From positions 1 to 64,000 of IMG/VR virus record IMGVR_UViG_3300021400_000885: DNA of 64,000 nt. One strand, 5' to 3'. The DNA is from a virus (lineage: Duplodnaviria; Caudoviricetes). Positions 38,010 through 47,661 of this stretch are shown here, in pieces; position 1 is the first letter of the stretch; the number at the start of each line of letters is the position of its first letter. The notes beneath the pieces are model-generated. The model saw only the letters and a list, made by a program, of their open reading frames with translations, did not search any database and was not told the DNA's origin. Both the position numbers and the translations under genes were made by a program.

Positions 38010-39043
38010 GAGAATCAGTTGAAGATATTATGAGAAGATTAAACCTTCGTCCACAAACGCAAGCACAAGAGATTGCAGCTAATCCTGCAGCATATACTGT
38101 GTATATTGCAGGCACAGCAGCTCCTACACCTTTGCCAGTAAATGCTAATGAAGTACTTAATGATTTACTTAATGGAGCTGCAGTTGCAAGTGATTCTAGT
38201 GTATCTGATGAAGAACTTGATGATATTGTTGAAGACTCTTTGGTGGAACCTGCACAGTCTCCACAAGAGGAAGATAATAGTATTAATGCTCAAATTGCTA
38301 GATATGAGGCTCTTCAGACTGAAGACACTGTTGTAAGGGAAGAAGTATTAAGATTTTCTGGAGCTGAATGGTTTAAGAAAGTCCAAGAACAAACTATTAT
38401 TGTTGGAGGAGCTGGAGGAATATCAAGTTATGTAGTATATAATCTTGCTAAACTCCATCCAAGCAGTATTTATGTGTATGACCCTGATACAGTAGAAACT
38501 GTGAATCTTGCTGGTCAGTTATTTAAGGTATCTGATGTTGGTAAAAGAAAAGTTGATGCTGTAACTCAGACTGCAATAGATTTTTCTGGATTTAGGAGTA
38601 TATTTGCTCTCCCTATGTGGTTTAAAGAAGATTGTGAGGCTGCACCAGTAATGATTTGTGGGTTTGATAATATGCAAGCTAGAAGAACATTCTTTACTGT
38701 ATGGGAGCAAGGAGTAAAACATGTTCCAGAAGCTTCCAAAGCAAACTCTCTGTTTATTGATGGTAGGCTTGCTGCTGAAAAGTTTCAAATATTTACAGTC
38801 CAAGGAAACAATTCTTGGGCAATTGAAGAATATAAAAAGTATCTATTTGATGATTCTGAAGCAGTAGAAGCACAGTGTTCTTTCAAACAAACTGCTTTTA
38901 TGGCAAACATGATTGGGAGTTACATTACAAATCTCTTTGTAAATTTCTGTGCTAATCTTTGTAATACTTCAGGACTGGACAGACCTTTACCATTCAAGCT
39001 TGAGTATTCTGCAGATAATATGTTTTTAATAACTGAAGAGTAA
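38006..39043 (+). CDS. ThiF/E1-like activating enzyme
   Basis: GAGGIS nucleotide-binding loop, DPDTVETVNLAGQ, K, FDNMQAR, DGRL, candidate catalytic Cys291 (AQCS); acidic N-terminal extension. Confidence 0.9.
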   Translation: MRESVEDIMRRLNLRPQTQAQEIAANPAAYTVYIAGTAAPTPLPVNANEVLNDLLNGAAVASDSSVSDEELDDIVEDSLVEPAQSPQEEDNSINAQIARYEALQTEDTVVREEVLRFSGAEWFKKVQEQTIIVGGAGGISSYVVYNLAKLHPSSIYVYDPDTVETVNLAGQLFKVSDVGKRKVDAVTQTAIDFSGFRSIFALPMWFKEDCEAAPVMICGFDNMQARRTFFTVWEQGVKHVPEASKANSLFIDGRLAAEKFQIFTVQGNNSWAIEEYKKYLFDDSEAVEAQCSFKQTAFMANMIGSYITNLFVNFCANLCNTSGLDRPLPFKLEYSADNMFLITEE

Positions 39044-39594
39044 TGTTAACTAGAACTGCACAAAATAATATATCTTGGCTCCCCGGTTATGAAGCAATTC
39101 ATTTGGATAGTGATAACTCTACACTTATTTCAACCATACGAACATATGGAGATTTTAAACTTCCATTTGCTGTAAAAGGACAGGCTACTATAGGATATAC
39201 TGAAACAAAGAACATGAGTCTTGCAGAATTTAAGAGACTTAATGAATTTGGCAGTGCTTCCTTTACAAAGTGTATTATTGAAGATAAGGATGAGTGCATC
39301 TGTGGATACCAATGTATTATAAAGGATGATATTATTGTTTATGCTCAAGCTACAGATAGTACAGTTTATATTTCAAAGAAATTGTTTAGAGACCCTAAGA
39401 GTGTTGTTAATAAATTCATTATTAATGATATTCTACCAAGTCTAGCTTCTGAAGGAGAAATTATCTGTGGGGATGAGTATATTAAGCAAGCACAAATTCC
39501 AGTGTATATGTGGTATACACATCCAAAAGAGTTAGATGAATCTATTGAAAAGTTGCTTCTAAAGCACTTAACTGAAATTTCTGCATTGCTATGA
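39043..39594 (+). CDS. Hypothetical protein translationally coupled to E1
   Basis: TAATG overlap with E1, ATGA overlap with ung. Confidence 0.6.
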   Translation: MLTRTAQNNISWLPGYEAIHLDSDNSTLISTIRTYGDFKLPFAVKGQATIGYTETKNMSLAEFKRLNEFGSASFTKCIIEDKDECICGYQCIIKDDIIVYAQATDSTVYISKKLFRDPKSVVNKFIINDILPSLASEGEIICGDEYIKQAQIPVYMWYTHPKELDESIEKLLLKHLTEISALL

Positions 39595-40265
39595 CAACAG
39601 AGGAATACTTTGGAGACTGGTTGGATATTATACCAAAAAGTAGTATTCTTACCTACACTAAAATGCTCATGCAAGCTCAACTTAATGGAGTTCCCATTGA
39701 GCCTAAAGATGGTTTTGGTGTATTTAAGGCATTCAACAGAACTCCATTAAAATCCTGTAAAGCTGTTATTTTAGGTCAAGACCCTTACTTTGATGGGTCA
39801 GCAACTGGGCTTGCTTTTGCTAATGATGTAGAAAGAAAAGACTTTTCAAAAGTCAGTCCGTCTCTTAGTGTAATAAAAAATAGTGTCATTTCTTTAGCAA
39901 AATCAGAAGATTTGATTAACTTTGATTTTAGCCTAGAAAGCTGGGCAGCACAAGGAATTTTGCTTTTAAATTCAGCATTGACTGTAAGAAAGGGAGTTCC
40001 TGGGAGTCACACAGAAGCTTGGAAACCTTTTATTAAATTAGTTGCAAAGAATCTTTCAGCCTATAAACCAAGGATTTTTTGGATACTTTTTGGTAAACAA
40101 GCTTGGGATTTTAAGGAATACATAAATCCTAAAAGTCCTATACTGATGGAGTATCACCCAGCTTTCTATGCAAGAAATAATAAGGAAATGAGCCCACATG
40201 TATGGGAGAAACTCATTGATTATTACCAACAAGAGTATAATCAAGACTTGCTTTTATATGAATAG
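39591..40265 (+). CDS. ung: Uracil-DNA glycosylase family 1
   Basis: GQDPY, ATGLAF, SPSL, LLLNSALTV, YHPA. Confidence 0.92.
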   Translation: MTTEEYFGDWLDIIPKSSILTYTKMLMQAQLNGVPIEPKDGFGVFKAFNRTPLKSCKAVILGQDPYFDGSATGLAFANDVERKDFSKVSPSLSVIKNSVISLAKSEDLINFDFSLESWAAQGILLLNSALTVRKGVPGSHTEAWKPFIKLVAKNLSAYKPRIFWILFGKQAWDFKEYINPKSPILMEYHPAFYARNNKEMSPHVWEKLIDYYQQEYNQDLLLYE

Positions 40266-40692
40266 GAAAGTATTAAATGCTACTCCAGTTATTGCAAAAG
40301 ATGGCACACATCTTAAATCTAAGATGGAAAGAACTGTTTATGAGACACTTTTAAATCTTGGATATGATGTACAATATGAGCCAGAGTCTTTTACTTATTG
40401 GACAGGGTTTTATCCTACAGTTCCTTTCTTTGATTTAGATAAAAAGAGAAAGTTAAGGAAAAACTCAAAGAAACTGATAAGTATGGCATACACTCCTGAC
40501 TTTATATTCATGCATAATAATACTAAAGTTATAATTGAAGTAAAGGGTTGGGAGAATGACCAATTTGCAATAAGGAAGAAATTGTTTAGAGCATATCTTG
40601 AAACAGTTCCTTATAAAGTAGTATATGCTGAAATATTCACTAAAAGACAATTATTAGAATTTTTAAATGTTTTAGAAAATGAGGATTATTAG
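40258..40692 (+). CDS. PD-(D/E)XK endonuclease (resolvase-like)
   Basis: KSKME, YEP, YTPDF...IEVKG. Confidence 0.8.
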   Translation: MNRKVLNATPVIAKDGTHLKSKMERTVYETLLNLGYDVQYEPESFTYWTGFYPTVPFFDLDKKRKLRKNSKKLISMAYTPDFIFMHNNTKVIIEVKGWENDQFAIRKKLFRAYLETVPYKVVYAEIFTKRQLLEFLNVLENEDY

Positions 40693-40984
40693 AGCCAAAA
40701 GGATTGTTCCAGTAGCAAGAGCAATTATCTATGATGGAACAAATGGCCAAGAGATTTTTGACTTTACTGGAACTCGGTGGGATGCCCTCTCAAGAAAGAT
40801 TGGAGCATCTTGCTCAAAGCAAGAGTATATAGATGCCAATGCTAATAGTACTATCTATGCAATGTATAAAGATGTTCCTTGGTCAGTTTCTGTAGGAAAT
40901 GTTCTTTGTATTGAAAATGACGAGCTTTACATCTACAAGGATGCTGAAAAATTTGCAACAATTTTTGAACAAATAGAAGTATGA
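40679..40984 (+). CDS. Hypothetical protein
   Basis: Packed ORF. Confidence 0.55.
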   Translation: MRIIRAKRIVPVARAIIYDGTNGQEIFDFTGTRWDALSRKIGASCSKQEYIDANANSTIYAMYKDVPWSVSVGNVLCIENDELYIYKDAEKFATIFEQIEV

Positions 40985-42045
40985 GACACTCATTTGCAGA
41001 CATTGCTTGGGATGTTCCTGAGCCAACATATAGAGAAGATGAGGCCCTTTCATATTCAACTCTTGCAAAATATGAAAGAGAAGGAGGATTTAATTCTCTA
41101 CCAACACTCTTTGATAAAACTTCAACTCCATCACTACGCTTTGGCAGTATGGTAGATACTCTCCTTACTGATGGAGAGGATGCCTTCAACAATAATTTCA
41201 TAGTTGTTGAAGACCCAGGAATTTCAGAAACTCTGAAGGATATTACTTCCACTCTTGTGGAGATGTATAAAGAAACACAGACAGCTTTCCAAAATATTCC
41301 AGACAGTGTTATTGCTGAAGTTGGCAAACAAAAGGAATTCTGGGCTAATGATAAATACACAGAGGTAAGGGTTAAGAAAATCAGAGAAGCCTGTAATTCT
41401 TATTATAATCTTCTCATGCTTGCTGAAGGAAAGACTGTGGTTACTTTAAAAGATGTTGAAGATGCTAGAAGATGTGTAGATATCCTCAGGAATGATGAAA
41501 TGACCAGAAAGTATTTCACAGATGACCCATTTAATGATAATATTGAAGGCTTTTATCAACTTAAATTTAAAGGAGAAGACCCTGCTACACACATTCCTTA
41601 CAGGTGTATGGCAGATAGAATTATTGTCAATCATGCTGACAAAAAGGTTATTCCAATTGATTTAAAGACTTCTTCAAGCAATGAGTGGGAATTCTATAAG
41701 TCTTTCATTAAGTGGCGGTATGATTTACAATCAAGGAACTACTGGAGATTGATTAGACAAATAATGGATAAAGACCCTTACTATAAGGATTTCAGTCTTG
41801 AGAACTATCTGTTTATTGTCATTAATAGAAACACTCTGTGTCCTTTGGTTTGGGAATATTCTGATACAAAGACTGTAGGAACTATCAGATATACAACTAA
41901 ATCAAATGCTTGCATTAATCTTAGAGACCCTTATGAGATTGGTAAAGAGCTTTGGGAATATCTCCACAAGGAAGGTCCAAGCAAATATCCTATTGGAATC
42001 TCTCAGATTAATGATATAAGGAAATATATTGAGGAGAAACTTTAG
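40981..42045 (+). CDS. PD-(D/E)XK exonuclease (RecE/exonuclease VIII-like)
   Basis: LSYSTL, FGSMVD, ADRI...IDLKT, YDLQSRNY. Confidence 0.8.
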   Translation: MRHSFADIAWDVPEPTYREDEALSYSTLAKYEREGGFNSLPTLFDKTSTPSLRFGSMVDTLLTDGEDAFNNNFIVVEDPGISETLKDITSTLVEMYKETQTAFQNIPDSVIAEVGKQKEFWANDKYTEVRVKKIREACNSYYNLLMLAEGKTVVTLKDVEDARRCVDILRNDEMTRKYFTDDPFNDNIEGFYQLKFKGEDPATHIPYRCMADRIIVNHADKKVIPIDLKTSSSNEWEFYKSFIKWRYDLQSRNYWRLIRQIMDKDPYYKDFSLENYLFIVINRNTLCPLVWEYSDTKTVGTIRYTTKSNACINLRDPYEIGKELWEYLHKEGPSKYPIGISQINDIRKYIEEKL

Positions 42046-42221
42046 TATGGTTATAAAATTTGTTGGTAAATACAATCTTGTAGTATGTGATTATTCTACT
42101 TGTTCAGTAGATTTTTACTACATTGAAGATAATGTTATTACTGAAGATTTTCTTAAAGATAAAGGATATAGAGAATCTGAAATCTCTTGGATGAGAGCTG
42201 ATAATTTAGACGTTAATTGCC

Positions 42222-42692
42222 ATGAAAATTAAATATGTAAGAGAGAATGACAGTATTCTCAAAGTTATAAAGCTTTCACAAGGTGATTGGCTAGACCTTG
42301 CAACTGCTGAAGATGTTACCCTTACAAAAGGAGATTTCTATTTAATTTCTCTTGGAATAAGGATACAACTTCCTAAAGGATTTGAAGCACACCTTGTGCC
42401 AAGAAGTAGCACATTTAAAAAGTGGGGAATTATACAAGGTAACTCCATTGGAATAATTGATAATTCTTATCAAGGAAGACAAGATATTTGGAGATTTCCT
42501 GCTTATGCTATCAGAAAGACTGAGATTCCTAAAGGCACAAGGATATGCCAATTTAGGATTGTACCAAGCATGAATGCAGGATTCTGGGTTAAGTTAAAAT
42601 GGTTGTTTACAAAGAAAGTTGAATTTATTGAAGAGGAGTATATAAGTGATGAGGATTCTAGTAGGGGTGGGTTTGGCTCAACAGGTAATTAA
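42222..42692 (+). CDS. dut: dUTPase (trimeric)
   Basis: DLA, PRSS, GIIDNSYQG, RICQ, RGGFGSTG. Confidence 0.95.
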   Translation: MKIKYVRENDSILKVIKLSQGDWLDLATAEDVTLTKGDFYLISLGIRIQLPKGFEAHLVPRSSTFKKWGIIQGNSIGIIDNSYQGRQDIWRFPAYAIRKTEIPKGTRICQFRIVPSMNAGFWVKLKWLFTKKVEFIEEEYISDEDSSRGGFGSTGN

Positions 42693-43176
42693 ACTGCTGG
42701 GCTGTATTGTGATATTGACAATTTTAGCAATCTTATATACTATGATATTTAATAAAAAAATAAAGAGATTCAGCTTTAGGGAATCTATGGCTTTATCAGG
42801 ATTGCCAATAATTTCTTTTGAGAATAACAATCACTGGGTAAACATGCTTTTGGATACTGGAGGCACAGACTCTATAATTGATAGTAATTATATAAAATAC
42901 CTAGAATATACAGATACAGATAAACCAACATCTTCCTTTGTTGGAACAACTGGTAAAACAGATATTGGTCAAAAGATAATTAATATAATTCTTACTAAAG
43001 ATGATGATAAAACTTTCAATATTGACTGTACTGTAATAAATCTAGGAGAAGCATTTACTGCAATTAAGGAGTCTTATGGAGTTCAGTTGCATGGAATCTT
43101 AGGCACAGACTTTCTTGATAAATATAAGTATGTAATTGATTTTGAAAAGATGATTGCATATAATAAAGCAGAATGA
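42646..43176 (+). CDS. Retropepsin-like aspartyl protease, N-terminal membrane anchor (start uncertain)
   Basis: LLDTGG and GILGTDFL motifs. Confidence 0.8.
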   Translation: MMRILVGVGLAQQVIKLLGCIVILTILAILYTMIFNKKIKRFSFRESMALSGLPIISFENNNHWVNMLLDTGGTDSIIDSNYIKYLEYTDTDKPTSSFVGTTGKTDIGQKIINIILTKDDDKTFNIDCTVINLGEAFTAIKESYGVQLHGILGTDFLDKYKYVIDFEKMIAYNKAE

Positions 43177-45233
43177 TTTATTTAGTAACCAAACAACAAG
43201 AGCTGTTTGAGTCTGACCTATATAAAATTATAGATGCTCAGACAGCTCTTGATTTTATGAAAGATTGGACTATTGTTCAGTTTGATACTGAGACAAATGG
43301 AAGAGATGCTCACTTATGTGAATTGCTCTCAGCTCAGTTTGGTAATGATGCTGCTAATAAAAGAATTGTAGTTGACTGTAAGACTGTTGACATAACTCTT
43401 TTTAAGGAAGTACTTGAGAATAAGAGAGTTATAGGGCACAATCTAAAGTTTGATTTACAGTTCCTTTATAATTATGGTATTATACCAAGAAAAATTTATG
43501 ATACTATGATTGTAGAGCAGCTTCTTTATCTTGGTTATCCTTCAGGAATCAAACAGTATTCTTTAAAGGCTGTTGCTTGGGAAAGACTCAAAATTGATAT
43601 TGATAAGTCAATTAGAGGTGAAATTATATGGAGAGGATTATCACCAGAAGTTATACAGTATGCTGCCGGAGATGTCACATTCCTTGAAAAGATAATGCAA
43701 AGTCAACTCATCGAGGCAAAGAAGAAAGACTGTTTAATTGGAGCTAAACTTGAATGTGATGCAGTTCCTGCAATGGCGTATCTTGAATGGTGTGGGATTA
43801 AACTTGATGAAAATAAGTGGAAAGTTAAAATGCAAAAAGACCAAGAAAGACTTAATGAAAGGCTTTCTGCTTTAAATAAATTTGTTGAGGATGACCCACA
43901 CACATATAAAGATTTTGTTGTTGTAGACCTTCAAGGAGACCTTTGGGCGGGATATGATACTTCTCCAAAATGTCAGATTAACTGGGACTCTTCAAGGCAA
44001 GTAATACAGTTTTGTAAAGTACTTGGTTTTGATACTACTGTACAAGATAAAAAGACTGGTGAGGATAAAGACAGTGTTCTTGAAAAAACTTTAAGAACAC
44101 AAAAAGGAATCAATGATGAATTCCTAAATCTTTATTTTGACTATAAAGAATCTTCAAAGGTATGTTCTACTTATGGGCAAGGACATTTGAATGTAATTAA
44201 TCCTAAAACAGGGAGAATTCATACTACATTTAAACAAATTGGAGCTTCTTCAGGAAGAATGTCTTGTGGAAGCAATCAGCCAAATACTGACCTTGCTAAA
44301 GTAAATAAAGTTACTCCATCAAAATGTACATATCCAAATCTTCAACAGCTCCCTGCTGATGAGCCTACAAGAAGCTCTTTTGTACCTCCAGAAGGAAATT
44401 TAATGGTTTCTGCTGATTTTAGTGCAGAAGAGTCAAGACTTGCTGCTGATATTTACCAAGACAGAGAATTTATTAAAGAGTTTACTGAAAGGTCAGGCGA
44501 TATGCACAGTCTTTTCGCGTGGGCTGTGTTTAAAAAAGAGTGCCAAGAGTGTGGATGCTCTGGAGTACAAGATGTTAAAAAGAAAGCACCACAATGGAGA
44601 AAAGCAGTTAAAGCTGTGGAGTTTGCTTATCTCTTTGGGGCTGCTGCACATACAATAAGTCAAGCAGCAAATTGTAGTGAAGAACAAGCTCAAAAATATA
44701 TTGATGCTATAGATAGTGAATTTTCTGGAGTATCCTCCTTTGCAAAAAGAGGGAGTAAATTTGTTAGAGAACATGGATATATTCTTATTTGTCCTTATAC
44801 TGGACATAAGATGTATTGGTGGGATTGGAAACAATGGAAAGAAAGACAAAAAGAATTTACTCCTGAGTTTTGGGAAGAGTATAGGCTACACCATAAAGGT
44901 ACTGGAGATAATATTGCTCAAATGGTTAGAGAGCATTTCCAAGCTGCTGGTAAGTACGATAGAATGGCACGTAATTCCCCAACACAAGGCACTGGAGCAA
45001 TTATCTTAAAAGATGCTATTACTCAATTATTTAACTGGATTTGTCTAAACAATTACTTCAATAAAGTGCATCTTTGTTGTTGTGTTCATGATGAAATTGT
45101 TTGTGATTATCCTAAAGAGCTTAATGAATTTCCCAAAGTACTTGAAACTATTATGGAGAATGCTGCTGCAAAATATTGTAAAACACTACCAATCCCTGCA
45201 GAAGCTTCTGTTGGAGACCATTGGATTCATTAG
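43173..45233 (+). CDS. polA: DNA polymerase family A with 3'-5' exonuclease
   Basis: FDTET, HNLKFD, YAAGD exonuclease motifs; SGRMS, NLQQLP, ADFSAEESR, RKAVKAVEFAYLFG, VHDE. Confidence 0.93.
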   Translation: MIYLVTKQQELFESDLYKIIDAQTALDFMKDWTIVQFDTETNGRDAHLCELLSAQFGNDAANKRIVVDCKTVDITLFKEVLENKRVIGHNLKFDLQFLYNYGIIPRKIYDTMIVEQLLYLGYPSGIKQYSLKAVAWERLKIDIDKSIRGEIIWRGLSPEVIQYAAGDVTFLEKIMQSQLIEAKKKDCLIGAKLECDAVPAMAYLEWCGIKLDENKWKVKMQKDQERLNERLSALNKFVEDDPHTYKDFVVVDLQGDLWAGYDTSPKCQINWDSSRQVIQFCKVLGFDTTVQDKKTGEDKDSVLEKTLRTQKGINDEFLNLYFDYKESSKVCSTYGQGHLNVINPKTGRIHTTFKQIGASSGRMSCGSNQPNTDLAKVNKVTPSKCTYPNLQQLPADEPTRSSFVPPEGNLMVSADFSAEESRLAADIYQDREFIKEFTERSGDMHSLFAWAVFKKECQECGCSGVQDVKKKAPQWRKAVKAVEFAYLFGAAAHTISQAANCSEEQAQKYIDAIDSEFSGVSSFAKRGSKFVREHGYILICPYTGHKMYWWDWKQWKERQKEFTPEFWEEYRLHHKGTGDNIAQMVREHFQAAGKYDRMARNSPTQGTGAIILKDAITQLFNWICLNNYFNKVHLCCCVHDEIVCDYPKELNEFPKVLETIMENAAAKYCKTLPIPAEASVGDHWIH

Positions 45234-45235
45234 TT

Positions 45236-46484
45236 ATGACACAAGAAATACAAACAAGAAAAGCAGGCTCCTTTGTCATTGTTGACAATGGAGCTTGCCG
45301 TTATATGGGAGTACTTAAAGATGTTTTTACTGATGAAAGAGGATATATCTGTTGTAATCTTTATGCAGCAGTTCCTTGTGGAGCAGTAAAGACCACTGGT
45401 TATGGTAATGGACATTACTATCCTTATCAAATGAGTACAGTATTCATAGGAAGAATTGATAAGATTTATAAACTTACAAAGAAAGATTTCTATGAAGACT
45501 ATATTAACAAATGTGTAGAGATAAGTAAATATAATGAAAATGCTGCCTATCCATCTGATTACTAGTAATTATTTGTATCTTTACACAAACAAATAATTAT
45601 TACTTATGGATTGTGAATTAGAACAAAAAGAGCCTTGTGAAAGAAAGCTTTCAGCTTGGGTTATTACTTATCATTTACACACTGATACAGATTATTATGA
45701 AGGAGTTGCTGTGGTTCAGGCTTATGAAGTAAAGGAGGCTGAATGCATTTTCCTTGCAAACAGCTGCTTTAATTCTTGCAGAGAAAGAATCTGTATTGAA
45801 GCAATTAAAGAAATTTACTGTTTGCCTGAACCAGACCTTCTTGCTGAAGTAAAGGTTAAAGAGTTTAATATTTATGACAGAAGAGCTAAGCTTAAGGGAA
45901 AAAATAGAGGTTAATGTAACAATCTCTATGACTTGCAGCAAATCTACGACAGTTAAAGTTCCTGTAGATTATACAGTAAAAGAGCTAAGAGAAGCAGTAG
46001 TACAAAGTACTATTCTTCCTCTTGATGATATAACTGAGAAAAAACTGACTATCGAGCAACAACTTAAATCTAAAGAATTTATTCCAAACCCAAGAAGGAA
46101 ATACCTTGAAATTCTTCATAAGGAATATGACGGATGGAATATTGACGAATTTGAGGTTATTGAGGATTAATTCTAAATGATGCTAAAGTATTGGTGTATA
46201 GAGTATATCAATGTTTTTAAAGAGTACTGCTACTTCTGGACAAAGGCTTATTCCCCAGAAGCAGCAGTAATTAATCTTAATGATGAAGAATCTGATGTAT
46301 CAAAAATTATTTCAATCAACCAAACATTCCCATTCTAATGGAAACATTTAAAATCATTTACAAAGACTTAGATGACAATATCAAGTCTCAGTATGTTCAA
46401 GCTGACCATGCATCTGAAGCAATAAGTAATGCTGAAGATGATATTTGGGATTTAAAAGAAGTTGTTAGAGTAGAGCAGCTATGA
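45236..46484 (+). CDS. Five small ORFs (45236-45565, 45606-45914, 45874-46170, 46177-46338, 46338-46484)
   Basis: Packed co-oriented ORFs, no recognisable motifs. Confidence 0.5.
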
Positions 46485-47266
46485 AATATGTTAATCAAGA
46501 TGTTAGTCTCTTCAATCAAGGAGAGGGGATTCAAGGAATCTATGACATTATTGCTCAATGTGCTGCAACTTGCTATCAATCTGAAGCTAAGAGTGGTGAA
46601 AGTGCAGAAACTTTCGTAGAAAAGCTTATTAAGAATAAGCATACTGCAATGCTTGAGTTTGGCACTGTGTATTTAAAATGTCCTTCAGAAGAATATCTGT
46701 ACAGACGTTACCATTATAACCCATACTCTAAAACTTACTATACAAAGGAATGCCTTGCAATTACAACAAACTATAGAGTATTAGTTGAAAATGGCTGGCT
46801 TGAAGATTTAAAGTACCTATGTAAGCCTACAGAAAATCACTATAAAAGATATACAGTCAAGGCTATTACATCTATTGGTGTTGCAAGAGAGTTGACAAGG
46901 CATAGAACATTCAGCTTTGCACAAGAGAGCACAAGGTATTGTAATTATAGTAAGAGTAAGTACAATAAACAGATTACATTCATCAAGCCAGAATGGTACT
47001 ATACTGCCAATGATGACGAAAGAAAGATTCTTGATATGCACCTTGCTGATGCAGAGAGGTCTTATAATGCTTTAATTAACTGGGGAAGAGTTGCTCAAGA
47101 TGCAAGAGAAGTACTGCCATTAGCAACAAAGACAGAGATTTGTATGTGTGGATTTGAGGAGGATTGGAAACATTTCTTTGATTTAAGGCTAAGAAACACT
47201 ACTGGTTCAGCACATCCTGATATGTCAGCTCTTGCAGAAAAAATTCATAACTTTATAGACCTTTAA
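46481..47266 (+). CDS. thyX: Flavin-dependent thymidylate synthase
   Basis: HTAMLE, RELTRHRTFSFAQESTRY, AREVLP, AHPD. Confidence 0.95.
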   Translation: MKYVNQDVSLFNQGEGIQGIYDIIAQCAATCYQSEAKSGESAETFVEKLIKNKHTAMLEFGTVYLKCPSEEYLYRRYHYNPYSKTYYTKECLAITTNYRVLVENGWLEDLKYLCKPTENHYKRYTVKAITSIGVARELTRHRTFSFAQESTRYCNYSKSKYNKQITFIKPEWYYTANDDERKILDMHLADAERSYNALINWGRVAQDAREVLPLATKTEICMCGFEEDWKHFFDLRLRNTTGSAHPDMSALAEKIHNFIDL

Positions 47267-47401
47267 TATGTTAGAATCTCTACTTGCAATTGTGCTGAAA
47301 TTGCTTATTGTACTACTAATATATGAGGTTATTATGAGAACACCTTATATATTATCTATGCTACTTGAGACTATACTTTCAATATTTAAAATACGCAAGT
47401 T

Positions 47402-47605
47402 ATGACAACAGAACAATGGAACTCTTTAAGACTTAATGACAAAGAAAAGTTAATCAGTACGGTATTTAATAATGATTATATATCAGCAGTTCATGCATAT
47501 AAAGACCCAGAGAAAGACCCTGTAATTAAAGAAGTATTAAGTGTATGCTCAATAAATGGAGATACTATATACATCAATATTCATAAAGAACTAAAAATTA
47601 AATAA
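47402..47605 (+). CDS. Hypothetical protein, last gene of the plus arm
   Basis: ORF ending at the convergent terminator. Confidence 0.5.
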   Translation: MTTEQWNSLRLNDKEKLISTVFNNDYISAVHAYKDPEKDPVIKEVLSVCSINGDTIYINIHKELKIK

Positions 47606-47607
47606 AG

Positions 47608-47638
47608 AAAAGCTCTGATGTTTTATCAGAGCTTTTTT
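47608..47638. terminator. Bidirectional terminator between convergent arms
   Basis: aaaagctctgat-gtttt-atcagagcttttt. Confidence 0.8.
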
Positions 47639-47661
47639 CTTTAATATTGAGAATCTTTTCT

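Noticed and set aside
38006-39043. ThiF/MoeB as a cofactor-biosynthesis auxiliary gene
   Set aside because: No thiS/thiG/moa or sulfur-relay genes, no evident C-terminal CxxC zinc pairs, and it is flanked by JAB and E2-like genes
39591-47266. Modified-base (uracil-containing) genome
   Set aside because: UDG, dUTPase and ThyX together indicate ordinary thymine DNA with uracil exclusion
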